Shown here: one piece after another, positions 51,040 to 64,000 of the stretch
Layout of the letters: every line of letters begins with the position of its first letter
How positions within the stretch are numbered: the first letter of the stretch is position 1
Source: Camelus dromedarius
Taxonomy: Eukaryota
Assembly: GCF_036321535.1 (NCBI RefSeq)
Contig: NC_087436.1
Coordinates: forward strand, 48,610,001 to 48,674,000
Direction: 5' to 3'
Length of the DNA stretch: 64,000 nt
The notes under the pieces: model-generated
Seen by the model: the letters and a program-made list of their open reading frames with translations, nothing else
What the model was told of the DNA's origin: nothing
Database searches by the model: none
Position numbers and translations under genes: made by a program

Positions 51040-52310
51040 TTCCTGTCAGCTGACTCCTGAATGTATATTTCCAAACCAGACCTAACCTCTAAATGCCGAC
51101 TCAGTCCATCCACAGTCTCTTTGACATCTCAATTGGATGTCTAATCGGCATCTTAAACTTAAAAATCCAATAAAGAAACTTTTCCCTCTTTTTTTTATTG
51201 AAGTATTGTTGATTTACACTGTTGTACTACTTACTGATGTACAGCATAGTGATTCAGTCATACACATATATATTCTTTTCAATGTTCTTTTTCATTATTA
51301 AATATACAAGATATTTAATAGAGTTCCCTCTGCTATACAGTAGGTCCTTATTGTTTATCTGTTTTATATATAGTAGTGTATATCTGCTAATCCCAAACTC
51401 CCAGTTTATCCCTCCCCATCCCCTTCCCCCCCGCCAGTAACCATAAGTTTCTTTTCTATGTCTGTGAGTCTCTCTGTTTTGCTTTTCCATGCTCCTCCTA
51501 CTGTCTTCCCCACCTCACCTTTATCCCTCCACTGCTCAGGCCCCAGATCTTGGATTTCTTCTGGATGCCTCTCCTTCTCTCACATTTCACATGCAATCCA
51601 TCAGCAGTTTCTGCTGGCTCTACCTTCATAATATTCCAGAATCTGACAACCTCTCACGCCTTCACTGCCATCTTCCTAATTGAAGCCACCATCATCCCCT
51701 CACTGGATTATTGCCTCCTAACAGATCTCCCGGCTTCACTACTCAGCAGTCTATTCCCAAAAACCACAATTAGAGAACTCCTTTTCAGGTCTGAGTCACA
51801 TCATGGTGCTCTAGATGGCTTCCCGTCTCATTCATGGTGAAAGCTCGAAGTCATTACAAATAGCCCTCCGTGTCCTACTTGAGGTGGTCCCTCAGTGTGT
51901 CTCATTCTGCTCCAGCTGATAACTGCATCCCAGCATTTTCTCCAAACTCGCCAGGCACACACCCATCTTGGGACCCTTGCCTTCACTATTCCATCTGCCT
52001 GAAATATTTTCACCAAATATCTGCATGCCTCACTCCTTCACTTCCTTTAAGTCTTTACTCAAATACCACATTCTCAATCAGACCTTCCATTCCCACTCTA
52101 TTTGAAATTGTAACCCCAACCCCATTTCTGGAGCCCCTTCCATATCTCTCCCAGCTTTATTTTTTTTCCATAGCCCTCATCATCATGTAAAGACAATCAT
52201 TTAAATTATTGTTTCCTCTCATTAGAATATCTCCATGAAGGATATTTTGTTTAATCCTATGTCCCCATCACATATTAGGTGTTCAGTATAAAATATTTAA
52301 ACCAATTATT
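51040..52310 (+). mobile_element. L2 LINE, interrupted by an L1 3' end
   Basis: ttgacatctcaattggatgtctaatcggcatcttaaactt ... cacatgcaatccatcagcagtttctgctggctctaccttcataatattccagaatctgac. Confidence 0.8.
51189..51480 (-). mobile_element. Cetartiodactyl-type L1 extreme 3' end
   Basis: ttttttattgaagtattgttgatttacac...gtacagcatagtgattcagtcatacac...gttccctctgctatacagtaggtcctt...taatcccaaactcccagtttatccctcccc. Confidence 0.85.
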
Positions 52311-52389
52311 TGGAGAATGAAATCCCTGGCATTTCTTTCTTCCTTACTCTATATACCTTTTTCTTGTCCCACTCTGTACTTCCCCACTA

Positions 52390-53450
52390 GACTTTTGCTT
52401 CAGACCAAAATGGAATAACAGGGACTGATTTACTCTTACATCTTGTAATAGGTTGAATTATGTCCACCCAAAGATATCAAGCCCTAATCCCTGGACTAGT
52501 AGATGTTACCATACTTGGAAAAAAAAGGGAATTTACAGATGTATAAATTGAGGATTTTAAGGTGAAGCAATTATCCTGGATTATCTGGGTGGGACTTAAA
52601 TGTCACAAATGTCCTTAAAAGAGAGAAGCAAAGGAAGTTAACACAGGTACACAGAGAAAAGGTGATATGAAGACACAGGCAGAGAAGGAGGTGATGCAGC
52701 CACATTCTAGGAATGCCAGGACAGCCACCAGAAGCTGGAAAAGGAGTCTTCACTAGAATGTTCTGAAGAAGTGTACTGTGACACCTTGATTTCAGATTTC
52801 TGGCCTCCAGAACTGTGAGAGAGTAAATTGCTGTTGTTTTCAGTTGTCTGAAGCCACCCTGTTGGGGGTAATTTTTTACAGCAGCCCTAGGAAACTAATA
52901 CACACCTCAAACAACTGAAGAACTGGAAAAAACATGTGAAAAAATGATTTTCAGATATTGGTCAACAGACAATACAAGATATTGATCACAGAGAGAAGGC
53001 CAACAACTGGCCCAGCTCCCTACCTAGAGAGTTCCCGACCTGCAACATGGAGAGAAGCAGCTCTCAGAGGCAGTGGTCTCCCTGAGTTGAGGAGATAGAA
53101 TTGAGAATCTGGGGACCCCAAGAGGAGTAAATTCACAAGGCAGAAGAGAAGAAAGGAGAGAGCTGCACACACAGAAAACCTGCAGAGTTCTGCCTGGAGT
53201 CTGCAGCTGAGTATTGTTCGGCACAGACTGACGAGAAAAAATACCAGAGGCCAGAAAAAAAAACCATCAGAAAGAAACAGGTGGAAAACTTCTAGAGCTC
53301 ATAAGGGCTGCAGACAGTTCATGTACCCATCAGCCAGGGGAAACCTCATAACACAGGGGGCATCAGGCAGAGTACTAAGTTGTTACCTCAGTAATGGAGC
53401 AAAATTAACCCTAGATAAAAGGTTGCTCTGGAAGCTCCTATCAAGCTTGA
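52390..53450 (+). mobile_element. Old L1M 5'-region fragment (host of the MLT1)
   Basis: gacttttgcttcagaccaaaatggaataacagggact...aaaatgattttcagatattgg...gtggtctccctgagttgaggagatagaattgagaatctgggg. Confidence 0.55.
52444..52902 (+). mobile_element. MLT1C/D-like (MaLR) full-length solo LTR
   Basis: tgtaataggttgaatt...ttatcctggattatctgggtggg...ggcctccagaactgtgagaga...gcagccctaggaaactaataca; near-TSD catct/cacct. Confidence 0.9.
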
Positions 53451-53464
53451 AGGAAGCCTTTTAA

Positions 53465-53585
53465 GACCTCACTCTTATCTCATTTAACTTTATTTACCTC
53501 CTTAAAGGCCCTATCTCCAAGTGCAATCACATTGGGTCTTAGAGCTCTGACAAGAATTTGTGGCAGACACAATTCAGTCCTAACA
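53465..53585 (-). mobile_element. MLT1A/B LTR 5' fragment
   Basis: tttacctccttaaaggccctatctccaagtgcaatcacattggg...gacacaattcagtcctaaca. Confidence 0.8.
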
Positions 53586-53689
53586 CATTGGTTTATTTGT
53601 GTGTGTGTGTGTTTGTAGTAAATATCTAAACCAATGTGAATCTGATCTACAGGCCTTGGAGAAATGGAAATTTTTAAATACAAAATTAA

Positions 53690-54030
53690 TAATAGTTGTT
53701 TAATGTCATCAACTATCCAGGCCGTATTCAAATTTCCCTGATTCTCTTATTAATATTCTCTTAGTCTTTGTTTTATTTTATAGTTGATACATTCAAACTA
53801 GGATACAAACAAGTAAGGCCCATAAATCACATTTGGTTGATATGCTTTAAAGTCTCTTTTAATTTTGTTTTCTTTTTCTTTTCTTACAATTTATTGAGGA
53901 AATCAAGTCATTTGGGCTGTAATTTCCCACAATCTGGATTTTTCCGATTGCTTTCCCATGGAAAAACATATTTAACATGTTTCTCTATTCTCCTTATTTC
54001 CTGAAAACTGTTACTTTGCCTGGAGGCCTC
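53690..54030 (-). mobile_element. Old L1MC/ME 3' UTR fragment
   Basis: taatgtcatcaactatccaggccgtattcaaatttccctgatt...cacatttggttgatatgctttaaagtctcttttaat. Confidence 0.6.
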
Positions 54031-56139
54031 AAGGAAATGGAATATTTAACTCCTAAAATAATTTCTTCTATAATTAAGTGTTCTCTTCATTGTTTATAGA
54101 GGGAGTGAGGGTCAAAGGTTATTTTCCAGGAGCCCCAGGGGCTCTGAGGGGGTGGAGGCCGCTAAGGGGCTGCTCCAGCCTGTGCTGAGTGCACCACCCC
54201 AGCCCCACGGGACCAACACCCTGTGACCCTCTGTGTTGTATGCAGCTCTGCTTAGTGTGCACCTGGCAGAGAGCCACCATCTACAGGACAATCCAACCAT
54301 AAGAATAGATTTGAAAACTGCAAATTCTACTGTCATCCCCTTGAAGCATGCCCTAGGAGCCCTTTATGAAAATGCATGCTGACATGAAGCATAAATGTAA
54401 AAGGAGCAATTCTCCTGGGACTGAATGAGACTTGAAAGAACTTCCAAGGATTATGGCAAGACCTTCAGGCATCCACGTGGTGGTCCTGATGCCAGTAGAG
54501 CTTCATTACAGTCACACGTTTATCCAAAGGGCAGTGAGATCCCCGTGAGATCCCTGCAGAGCATAGGAATCTTCAGGGAAAGGAAAGTGGAAAGCTCCAG
54601 GCACAACCAGAAGTTGTCAAATAAGACCATTACCTTGTCAAGTCATCAGCATGGTCAGACGCTTGATAATCAAAGTCTGCCCTGACGTGAATGCTGGACC
54701 CAGCACATGGCAATCATCTGACCCAACAGAATCTCAGAATCGATGTTTATATCAAAGAGATCTTTTCAGCCTCAAAACACCAAACTCAAACTGGAGAGCA
54801 AACTTTACTACATGAACACTGGACTAGTTTTGGACTCACAGGAAGTAGAAACCCAAACTGCCATTCTGTTTGCAGAGACCTCTCCTCCGTCCTACAGTTG
54901 TAGAGGAGATTCTAACTTCCTGGACCTAGAAATATTTGACATGCAGCCACAGACAGGCCTAAACGTCTAGTTAGACAGTAGCCCTCGTCTGCCTCTGGGA
55001 TGTACGTATTCTGAAACACTCTGAAATGCTTTTCCATGAGTTCTAATTCATCTGACTCAGAAACTCAGCCAGAGGGGATCTTCACTACTAAAGCAAGGCC
55101 CAATTGCTAGAACACAGATAATGAGTACTGGTTTTGAAAACTTAGGGAGTTTGTCTCTCACTAGCAATGAAACTCCAGCAATGGATGATTTTCTTCTGGC
55201 CAACTTGATCTGGAATACGTTGGAGCCTCAGTTACGTAGGGACTCAGATATGTGCAGAACTACATACAGTTTCCAGCATCTAAGAGCAGAGTCTACCTAT
55301 GCAATGACATTTACCATTTTCCTTTAAAATTTAAAAACAGAGAACAGGGATAACAATATTATCTATGATGAATATAGTTGATTATGGTTGCTTTGATTCT
55401 TTGTAGTTCATTGCCTTTTGCAGTTGTATATAAATGTGACTATATCAAAAAGTGTAAGATGCTAATCTACGCATATTTTAAAAGGTTTCCAGATGGAATA
55501 ACTCTGGTATTCAATAACCTGGGCCTGAACATTTCTATCCACTTAGAGTAATGAAGCCATGAAGTCTTTAGTGAGAGTAATAAAAACTGTACAACACATG
55601 TTCATTTATTGTAGTTTTTTTGTATTATTTTATTTGGTTAATAGATTTTTAAATGTAGAAGAGAATGAAACTCAAGGCACGTCTCAGGTTTTATTCCGAA
55701 ACTGCACAAGTAAGAAGGAAAAACATAATCTGTCAGGCAGCCCTCCCCTGGGGACTCTGGTTAATGTTTCCAAGTTTTTCTGGAAACAATTACCTTCATT
55801 TCAGAAACACACTGGCTTTCTAGTCTATACCAGATCCCACCAGTTTATTTTGTTCATCAGCAACAGGTTATCAAAGAGGACAGATCTTCCTTCCAGCCCT
55901 CCAACCTGCTTTTCAGAGAATTAGAGCCAGATTATCTGCTTTATCTGGAAAGAAGCCTTTCCTGGTTATAGCAAAACCAGTTGTGTCCAAAGGTCTTGAA
56001 TTTAGAGATAATTTAAGCTCTTAACAGAGGCTCTTTGAGAATAGTTTTCTCTCTGGAAGTTCATTAGAGAATGATTTTATTAATGATTTGCTCAACAGGC
56101 CACCATTTGTTCAAAAGGTCATAAAAGGTTTTTCTTACA

Positions 56140-56790
56140 TTTTTTACATACAAAAAAATTAGATAAAACATAAATGTGTAATTAATAAATAATTATAAAA
56201 GAAATGCATAACATCTCTCAGGTCAAGCAATAGGACACCGCTAGACCCCGGAAGTTTCCAGTATGTCCCTTCCCAAGCATAACATCCTCCCTCCCCACTA
56301 TCCTGACTTTGTTATAATTACTTCCTTGATTTCCCTACCTTTATATTTGGGTATCCCTAATATCATAATTTAGTTGATTTAATTTTGAACTTCAAATAAA
56401 TGGAATCACACAATATGTGTTATTTTGAATGTGTCTTTTTTGTACATTATAGTTACTCGTTGTTGCCTATAACTATAATGTATTTTCCTCATTGCTGTAT
56501 AGTATTCCATTGTGTGACTATAGCACAACTCATTTATCCTTTCTACTTTTGTTGGTCATTTGGGTTGGTTCCATCATTGAGCAATTATGAACACTACTGC
56601 TCCAGACATTCTTGTATATATGATCTGGGGCATAAAATTCCCCAGGAGGGGAAATGCTAGGATTCACCAAAGATGTGTATGTTCACCTCTCCCAGAGAGT
56701 CCATCTTCCAAAGGGATTGTACCAGTTTACACTTCCACCAGCAGTGGATGAGAGCATCTTCGCCAACAGTGTTTTATAAGACTTTTCGAC
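56140..56790 (-). mobile_element. L1ME-like 3' fragment
   Basis: cattgctgtatagtattccattgtgtgactatagcacaac...ttccaaagggattgtaccagtttacacttccaccagcagtggatgagag. Confidence 0.8.
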
Positions 56791-57719
56791 TTCAGACTTG
56801 GTTTGGCTAAAAGCTTTCACCTTAATTTTTAATGACACAGGATTCTGAAACTTAGTATGATATCCTCACTGTATACCCTCTCTGCACAGCCTAACAGAGA
56901 AAGCAGCTCCATTAGTAACCCCTTCCGTGCAAGGTGGCAAAGTGGCCCAGTGTTTGGTTTTATTTAACGTGGTCCCAAGGCTCTTCACACTTTGGGACCT
57001 TCTCCTGCGCATGTGCTTCACTTTGTTCATATCTCTCTTAAGAGGTTGTCCTCAGAACTGAACATTATCTTTCCCTAATAATCCAGTGTGTGTGGAGAAT
57101 CAGATTCAAGGAGAAATTATTCTGAAGCATCATAAAGATACGTCAAGATGCAGGCCACTTGCCAAGAGAGCAGAAGCAGAAGCAAGACTTGGCACCACTA
57201 GATTTTGTCTGCAAAGTGAATATGATTCTGATCACTTAACTATTAGGAAATTCTAGGTTTTCCCTTCCTCTTAGATGAACTGAAAAGTAATGGAACCACT
57301 TGTGAAGGGAGCTTTGAATGTATTTCTGCAGCCTCAGAAGACTGACATCCTTTGTTGCCTTCGCTTAGTGAGGCTTTGCTCTCTCTGCCTCTTACCATCT
57401 GTGAGGAAGGGAAGAGGGGCATCCTTTCTGCCGCTGCTTGAAGACTTCAATCAGAGTACAGTTGTGGGTCTTCAGAAGGTTTTATATAAAATAATGCTGG
57501 TGAGATTCAGAAAAACACTTGAGAGTGAATGGAGAGCATTCATTCTGAAGCTGGAAATGCACTTCGAGAAATACATGTATTTCAAGTGTTCTAATATAAG
57601 GAAATGACTGCCATTTATTGAACACATTCAAATTGCTGGGGCACTATATTAATTCACATACATGGTCATATTTTACCTCCTCAACCATCTTAGGCCTGAG
57701 TCCTCTTTCCCCTTCCTGT

Positions 57720-58030
57720 TTCTCCTCACCTACTTCAGCCTGGACCCTGCCTACTCATGGTCCAGTGCTCACCTTTAAAGTCCTTTCCTCCAAGGAGCCT
57801 CCCCTGACACTCCAAGACCAGGTTGAATCGACCTCTCATGCATTTCTATTGAACCCTGTAATTCTCCATCTCAGAACTTCATATACCATGTCACTATCTC
57901 CTTTGTTATATCTGTATCTCTACCAGATTGTAATTTCCAAGATAATGGAGACTGTTACTATGTGTAGTAGTAACTCACTACTATCTCAGTGTATGGTGTC
58001 CAGAATGGAGGCCAAATACATATTTATTTG
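57720..58030 (+). mobile_element. L2 3' fragment
   Basis: ttcctccaaggagcctcccctgacactccaagaccaggtt...ctcagtgtatggtgtccagaatggagg. Confidence 0.55.
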
Positions 58031-58254
58031 TTTATACATATAAATATATATACATTTATTTATGCATATAAATATATATTTGTGTATAATGTGATTCTTT
58101 TTATTTTAGGGAGAAAGTAGGAAACTGAGGAAAAATTAGAGTCCTGGTCAGCCTGAACTCCCAAGGCTGTTTTCATCACCAGCAAAGGACCGTGTTTCCC
58201 AGTAAGTACCTTCTTCTCTGTAACAAGCTAGGCTCTAACCAGCTAGGCTCGGAG

Positions 58255-58385
58255 CTGGGTGCTTTACGCACTGTATGTTTCCCTCTTAACTCGCGCACTA
58301 ACCCTGAGAGATAGGTCTTCCCCACTACATGTATTACAGATGATGAAACTGAGGCTCAAGGAATTTAATACCTTGCCCAGGAGTC
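58255..58385 (-). mobile_element. MIR SINE
   Basis: ttacagatgatgaaactgaggctcaaggaatttaataccttgcccagg. Confidence 0.8.
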
Positions 58386-58669
58386 AAGAGTTGAAATTCT
58401 TAGGCTGCCCCCTACTCACCTCCTTCCCCGTCTCACTTCTCTGAACAAACTAGCTGCACTAAATTTGGCTTTTGCAGAGGAGACCAGACTGCAAGAAGAC
58501 AGAAGGTGCTTTGGAACTGTGGCTCAAATTCTTTCTTTTCATTTACTAATAACTCTTGGGTAAAATACATTAACAGAGCGATCTAATGTTATCTAATGAT
58601 ACATGAGAAAGGTGAATAGAACCACTGTGAGCAGCTCAGAATGGGGCGTTCAAACACAGACCAGCCTCC

Positions 58670-58840
58670 CCACGGTTGTGTAATCTGGGTCCATTCCTAA
58701 ACCTCCCTGGGCACCTTTCCTAGTTTTCCGACCGAGGCTGACAATGAGGTGCCCGTCATAGGGTTGTGTGAGGCCTGAATGAAGTAACACACACAAAGCC
58801 AAGACACAATGCCTGGCACATGTGTGTGCTCATTAAGTGT
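58670..58840 (+). mobile_element. MIR SINE (degraded)
   Basis: tcatagggttgtgtgaggcctgaatgaagtaac...caatgcctggcacatg. Confidence 0.65.
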
Positions 58841-60059
58841 GGGCAGGTTCGGTGGGAGCTTGTGTTGCCGGCAACAGAAACCCTTGATTCAACTAGTTTA
58901 ACAACAACAGAAGGTACTATGTCAACTAATAAGGCCAAAGCTCAGGTGGCTCCATTGTTAATTTAGGGTTAATTCCTCAAGGGCTCACTGGCTCCTGCCC
59001 ATTCCAGCTTCGACACTGACACCTTCACTTCCTCACAGAGGTTAATCCCCCTGCCTCACACTCTGAAGAGTTCTGCACGGAGGCCCAGGGCTTGACTTTA
59101 CCAGGCTGAAGACATGTTTCCACCTACACCGGCTTCATTAACACTTAACGCTAGCTCAGACCGAAGCTGAGATGGCTACAGTCCCTGCGGGTTCATGCTT
59201 CTCTCCATCTCCCTCTGTCACCAAGAGCAGCACATTGCTGTTCCAGACTCCCTTCCCCATCTCCTCCTAAAACCTAAGAGTTTGTGCTTCTCAGGCCCCG
59301 CTGAGAGGCTCTGTCCTCCCTGAGAGCTGCCTCCGGTGCACGGGGCAAACACAAAATTTCCTGCAAGGCCTGCTCCAGACTTTTCTAGATGGGAGTTGGC
59401 TCATCTCTCGCTAAGCCATGGGGATGTGAGAGTGTGAATTAGTGGCACTGCCCCAGGAATTCATGTCCTTGGAAACAGTGTTCATCCCCAAAGTGATAAT
59501 GGTTGAAATTCCAGACACAGACAAATCAGTGGAGTGAATATTTTAGTACAGGTAAACTCTTAGCTTTCCCCGTAGAGTTTGTCTTTTTTCTTTCTTGCTT
59601 TTTTTTTGTTTTGTTTTGATTTTTAGTTCTTATTTCAGAAGCAAAATCTCAAACCAGAAAGATTTAAAGATTCAAAAGAACAGAAACAGATAAGCATAAA
59701 AACATCCACAATTCCACGTTATTAATAATCCTTTGAGATAGATAGATAGATAGATATCACTGGGTTGTTTTTTTTTTACTCTGCAAATACTTTATTTTCA
59801 AACAGAGAATCTTACCCTATATTCAAGTTGGGAGCTGCTTTTCTAACAGCAATATAACATGAATATCTTTTTATGTTAATAGACGTAGGTCCTCAGAATA
59901 GATTTTAATGCCGAGTACCCCACTCTATAGGTGTAGTGTAATTTATTTCAGAAAGCCACAGCATGGGACAATATTTTGTCATTACAAACAGCATCTAGGT
60001 ACATGATTAGGCAGGTGCATCCTTGGGTTTTTTCTTAAGTCTCATTATATCAGTAGGTA

Positions 60060-60230
60060 CTCGCCCTTCCAGCTGTGCAGCTTTGAATAAGGAATTTCTT
60101 CTCTCTGACACCTGTTTTGTTCATCTTAAAATGGAAATGAGGCCTACCTGCCAGGGTCATAGCTTGGTATCAGTGAAGGAATACACACTGTAGAGCATTT
60201 CAGACAAGAAGTTGGTATTATTGTAAGTAC
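60060..60230 (+). mobile_element. MIR SINE (degraded)
   Basis: cagctgtgcagctttgaataagg...ttcatcttaaaatggaaatga...cctacctgccagggt. Confidence 0.55.
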
Positions 60231-61627
60231 TCCTGGATACAGTTCTCTTAGAATGTAAATTAAGCTGATGAGTCCTTGAGGAGCTCTGTTTACTTGTGTT
60301 CATTTTTAAAATGATCGTGGGCATTGTTCCACTTTATCTGGGTTTGCTGTGTTTGGAGGCCTCTCACTCACATGGTTTTTTCCCATCTTTCTATTGCTTC
60401 ACATCCAAGAGATCTCATTTTAGGGGCCCAGGCTCTGATCACAAACCAGGCTCACTGCTGATGCACTTTTCCTCCAGAAATCTCAGTGTATGAGCTGACT
60501 TGGGCACCCTGGACTAATATTTAACCGAGCAGTACAAACCCTAAGTCATTGTCCGAGGCTGGATGGATTGATCTGGAATGTGAAGGTTGATTTATTTACT
60601 GGCTCCCTAACATGCGGGTTACGTTACCCATGCGTGGTCTTGCCGTGCAGGAAATGTGCACTCTTCGAGGCTGAGGCTTAAGTCAGGGCCATAATATTCT
60701 GACCCCACTGAGGGGTGATTTCCCACAGCACTAAAAAAGCTTTAAAGATACAGTAGCGGAGGAGTCCCAGCTTACTGAAGCAGAAACCTAGCGGAACAGA
60801 GCCCCAACGTTAGATTTTATCTTAAGTCCCTGAACCTTCTTCCTATAAACACGCACACACACATTCCAAATCCTTCTTTTTAAGGATCACCTCAAGTCCT
60901 TTATCTTCTGTAAACCTCCTCTGACCTTTTCCACCCTCTAAGATACCCCAGTCCTCTAACTTCTTTCAGCACCTCCCGGTCTTTGCCATACATACTGGCA
61001 CTTAATTGAGAGCAGTCATCTCTGTTATTATTTCATGTCCACTGGGTTTGTTTCTGCAAACAGATAAGCAGTCTGAGGTGAGGGCCACATATACTCCTGA
61101 GCCAGAGTAAAGCCCAAAGTCAGTAGGTCAAGCAACTCTTTGGGTAGATTGATTCAAATAGGACCGGCATTTCCCTGCTTGTTTAAATTTCCATCCACCA
61201 CCATTTATTAGCCCACATGCTCCGAGCTCCAGAAAAGGCACTTCATGGACGACGGCAATTCCAATCATTTCTGAGTCCCCATGAAGGAAACACCACTAAA
61301 TATTCAAATTGCTAACTGTATCTAGTGAGCAGCTGAGGACTATTAAGACAACGAACTTTCCTGAGATCCACTCTCCTATCTTACAGAAGAAGATCTGGCC
61401 AGGAGAAGTTAAACGACCTGCTCAAGGTGACACAGATATTTTTCAGGCATCAAAATCACAGCCCTCTATGCAAAAAGCTATAAAACCTTTTTATTCCTCA
61501 GAGATGGGCACTACAAAAAAATATGTTGTTCAGTAAAATGGTTGTATGTTTAGATTCCACCATAGTAATAGACTCTAAGCATGTAATTCCTTTAGTTGTG
61601 TAGAAAATTCTAATTAATTAGCAGTTT

Positions 61628-62461
61628 TGTTGCCAAAACACGGCCTCTGTACCTCACTTACTGAATTGAGACTCCAGGACAGAGTTTTAGATAAAGTAGA
61701 AAAGGCAGCTTTATTTCTTTGCCAGGCAAAGATGTTCACAGTGGGCTAATGCCTCTAAGACTGTGAGCCTGCTGGGAGAGAAGGCAGGGGGTTTTAGAGT
61801 GAAAGTTCAAGAGTTCAAGGGGCAGAGCTAGTTTCCATAGAGATCATATACAGGGTAACAAATTGTTGTAAAGTTGTTTTGCAGATGCAGTGGTCCCCTT
61901 CCCTCTGCTGGGTATGACGCTCATCTCAGGCTTTGGGACTCTCTTAATCTTGTTCCTAGAACAAAGGATGCATGGGGAGGGGCTCCATGGAAAGGAGCCT
62001 TAGAGAAAAACTTGTGCAGTTTAAAGTCAGGTTGATAAACGCTTTTAGCAGGCTGAGGCTTAGGAGCTCCTGCTGTAGGCTGAGGCCTGCAGCTTGAACA
62101 ACAGGATACAAGGAAACTGCAAGAGGTCAAAACAATTGCAGACATACATAGTTGAGGCAAGTTATAAACAACAAGAGGCACAAAACACCCAACTGCTGTT
62201 TCTGAGGTGTCAGGCTCAAGGGGAGGGCACTGGGGTCAGGAGCAGGGAACTGAGGGCAAAAGCAGGGCACTGAGCATGCTCCCCTCCTGCAGCACCGTGA
62301 GGGGTTTGGGTGGGCCATCCAAGCATCCCTCCTCTCCAGCCCAACCCTGGTCAGCAAAAGCATGAGGAAAACCCTGTAAACCATCATACAGCTAAACAGT
62401 TCCAAACACCAACACAGATATCAGATGGTCACCAATGACAATAGGGTCCTGCTTGGTTGCA
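61628..62461 (-). mobile_element. ERV1-type solo LTR (about 830 bp)
   Basis: Starts tgttgccaaaac and ends gggtcctgcttggttgca. Minus-strand AATAAA at 61710-61715 within agctttatttctttgccaggcaaag; imperfect TSD gttt/tttt. Confidence 0.7.
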
Positions 62462-62919
62462 TTTTCTCAAAGAATTCTTAATATGACAGTTCTTTAAAGG
62501 GAAAAAAAATCCATCAAATAAATAAAAACTCACAGCTTTCTCTGAAAGTCTCCAATACTGTTGTGAGGACCAAAACCATTCCAGTTTATGGTAACATGAT
62601 ACAGCTCACAAATCGTACTTTCATTACCTGCTCTCTAAGGGCAACATTCAGTGTGTATTAGAAAACTGTAACTATTTTCGGCCTTAACGTGGCAGATTAG
62701 TGCACAGGTCTAGCTATGAAAAATGTTTGTGTGTCAAGGAAAGCTATAAGCACCACAGCAACACAGGCTGCTTTCACAGATGCACTGAGTGATAAATAAT
62801 GAAGTACTTCTATTTTGCAACAGTGTTTTTGCACCTAGTCTGAGCAAAGCACAGTGTTAGCGGGTGTGGAGGAAGCACAGACAAATGAGTCATGGAAGCA
62901 GTCTTCAAGGACAGGAGCA

Positions 62920-63540
62920 CAGCCCTCTGTGTTACAGGGACAGATAACTGGCTTAGACTACAGAGAGACTTGCCTGGCTCACATAACTCAAAGGCCAAGA
63001 GAAAAGCTAGCTTCAGGGAAGGCTTGATTTAGTGACTCAGCCATGTCTCCAAGGACCCAGGTTCTCTCTGTATTTCTTTCTGTTTTCTACAGGCTCAAGT
63101 TTATCCTCAGACTCTAAAGTTCTTGTGGCCACTCCAGATGGTCCCCTGATGGTGGCAAGTGGCTGCCACTGCCACAAGATTGTCACCCTCTCACCACGTT
63201 GTCTAGGGATGGAAGAGTCTCTGTGTTTGTTTTCTCAGCAATAACTGGGAGAGCTCCTTGGTTATGACCAGTGTGGGTATAAGGCCCATATTTAAACCCA
63301 TCACTAGAGCAAGGGGAGTACTCTGTTCAGCCCAGGTCTGTGTTACTGGTCAGTGCCTGAACCACTTCCTGCTAACTGATCAGCCTAAGTGATCAGGTCT
63401 ATCCTGGTGCTTGGGTGTGGTTGACTCCACTCAAAGCACTTGTCAAGAATGAGAAAAGAGCATTTTCACCTATTTAGCATCAGGCTTTCATTGTCTAAAA
63501 AGGGGAAAGGAAAGTAGGGAAGCAACCAACAAATGCCCAA
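62920..63540 (-). mobile_element. Old MLT1K/L-like LTR remnant
   Basis: tggctcacataactcaaagg...gctagcttcagggaaggcttgatttagtgactcagccatgtctccaaggacccagg. Confidence 0.55.
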
Positions 63541-64000
63541 GGGTAAACTTGAGGGAGGCAGATGTGGTGATGCTCTGACCAGGAGCTGTTTGTTGCCCCT
63601 TCAGTGATGCTCTCACTGCCACTGTGCAGACAACCATCTGTGCCACATGAGCTGTGGGATTCCCTTGGGAGAGGACTGCTGCAGCTTTCAGCTAGAGGAT
63701 CGATTTTGCAGGAAGGTGGTTGTGATACAGAAGACGTGTTTCACTCTAGCTGAAGTGTTAGAGGCTAGGAACTAAAAAGCATGCATGATCAGAGCCATCT
63801 GAAGAAAATCAGATTTGGAGCTGTTACTGGGGTTAGAACCCAATGGTTCTATGTCCCACAGCAGCTCCCTTGGTGACCACTTCTTCAGCACATACAAATA
63901 ACATACTCACAATGTTTGCACAGAGGTATATAAGGAGGTGACATGATGTTCAGTTCATCCCAGGGAGGGAAGCAGTATAGTGACTGGAAAGGGCTTTGGA

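Overview
Mammalian genomic DNA, not prokaryotic. By inference it is a cetartiodactyl, probably a camelid: the L1 3' end and LTRs look artiodactyl-type, and I recognised no Alu, B1/B2, Bov-A/tA, CHR, PRE-1, SINEC or ERE. The only protein-coding sequence I can support is the 3' end of TBCK on the + strand. It has a penultimate exon at 8021-8180 and a terminal coding segment at 31536-31646, separated by a 23,355-bp GT-AG intron, and together they encode the C-terminal rhodanese-like domain. A 3' UTR and about 30 kb of intergenic DNA follow; in human the neighbour on this side is NPNT, but I see no NPNT exon here. The rest is ordinary interspersed repeats: L1, L2, MIR, MaLR/ERVL/ERV1 solo LTRs and hAT MITEs. 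I found no evidence of a new biological system. The best oddities are (i) a TSD-bounded L1 insertion with a convergent fold-back geometry that twin priming does not explain, (ii) a U12-like branch site before the penultimate TBCK exon, (iii) a tandem pair of miR-148/152 and miR-130/301 sites in the 3' UTR, and (iv) no canonical proximal poly(A) signal. Repeat subfamily names and the boundaries of old repeats are by eye and approximate.
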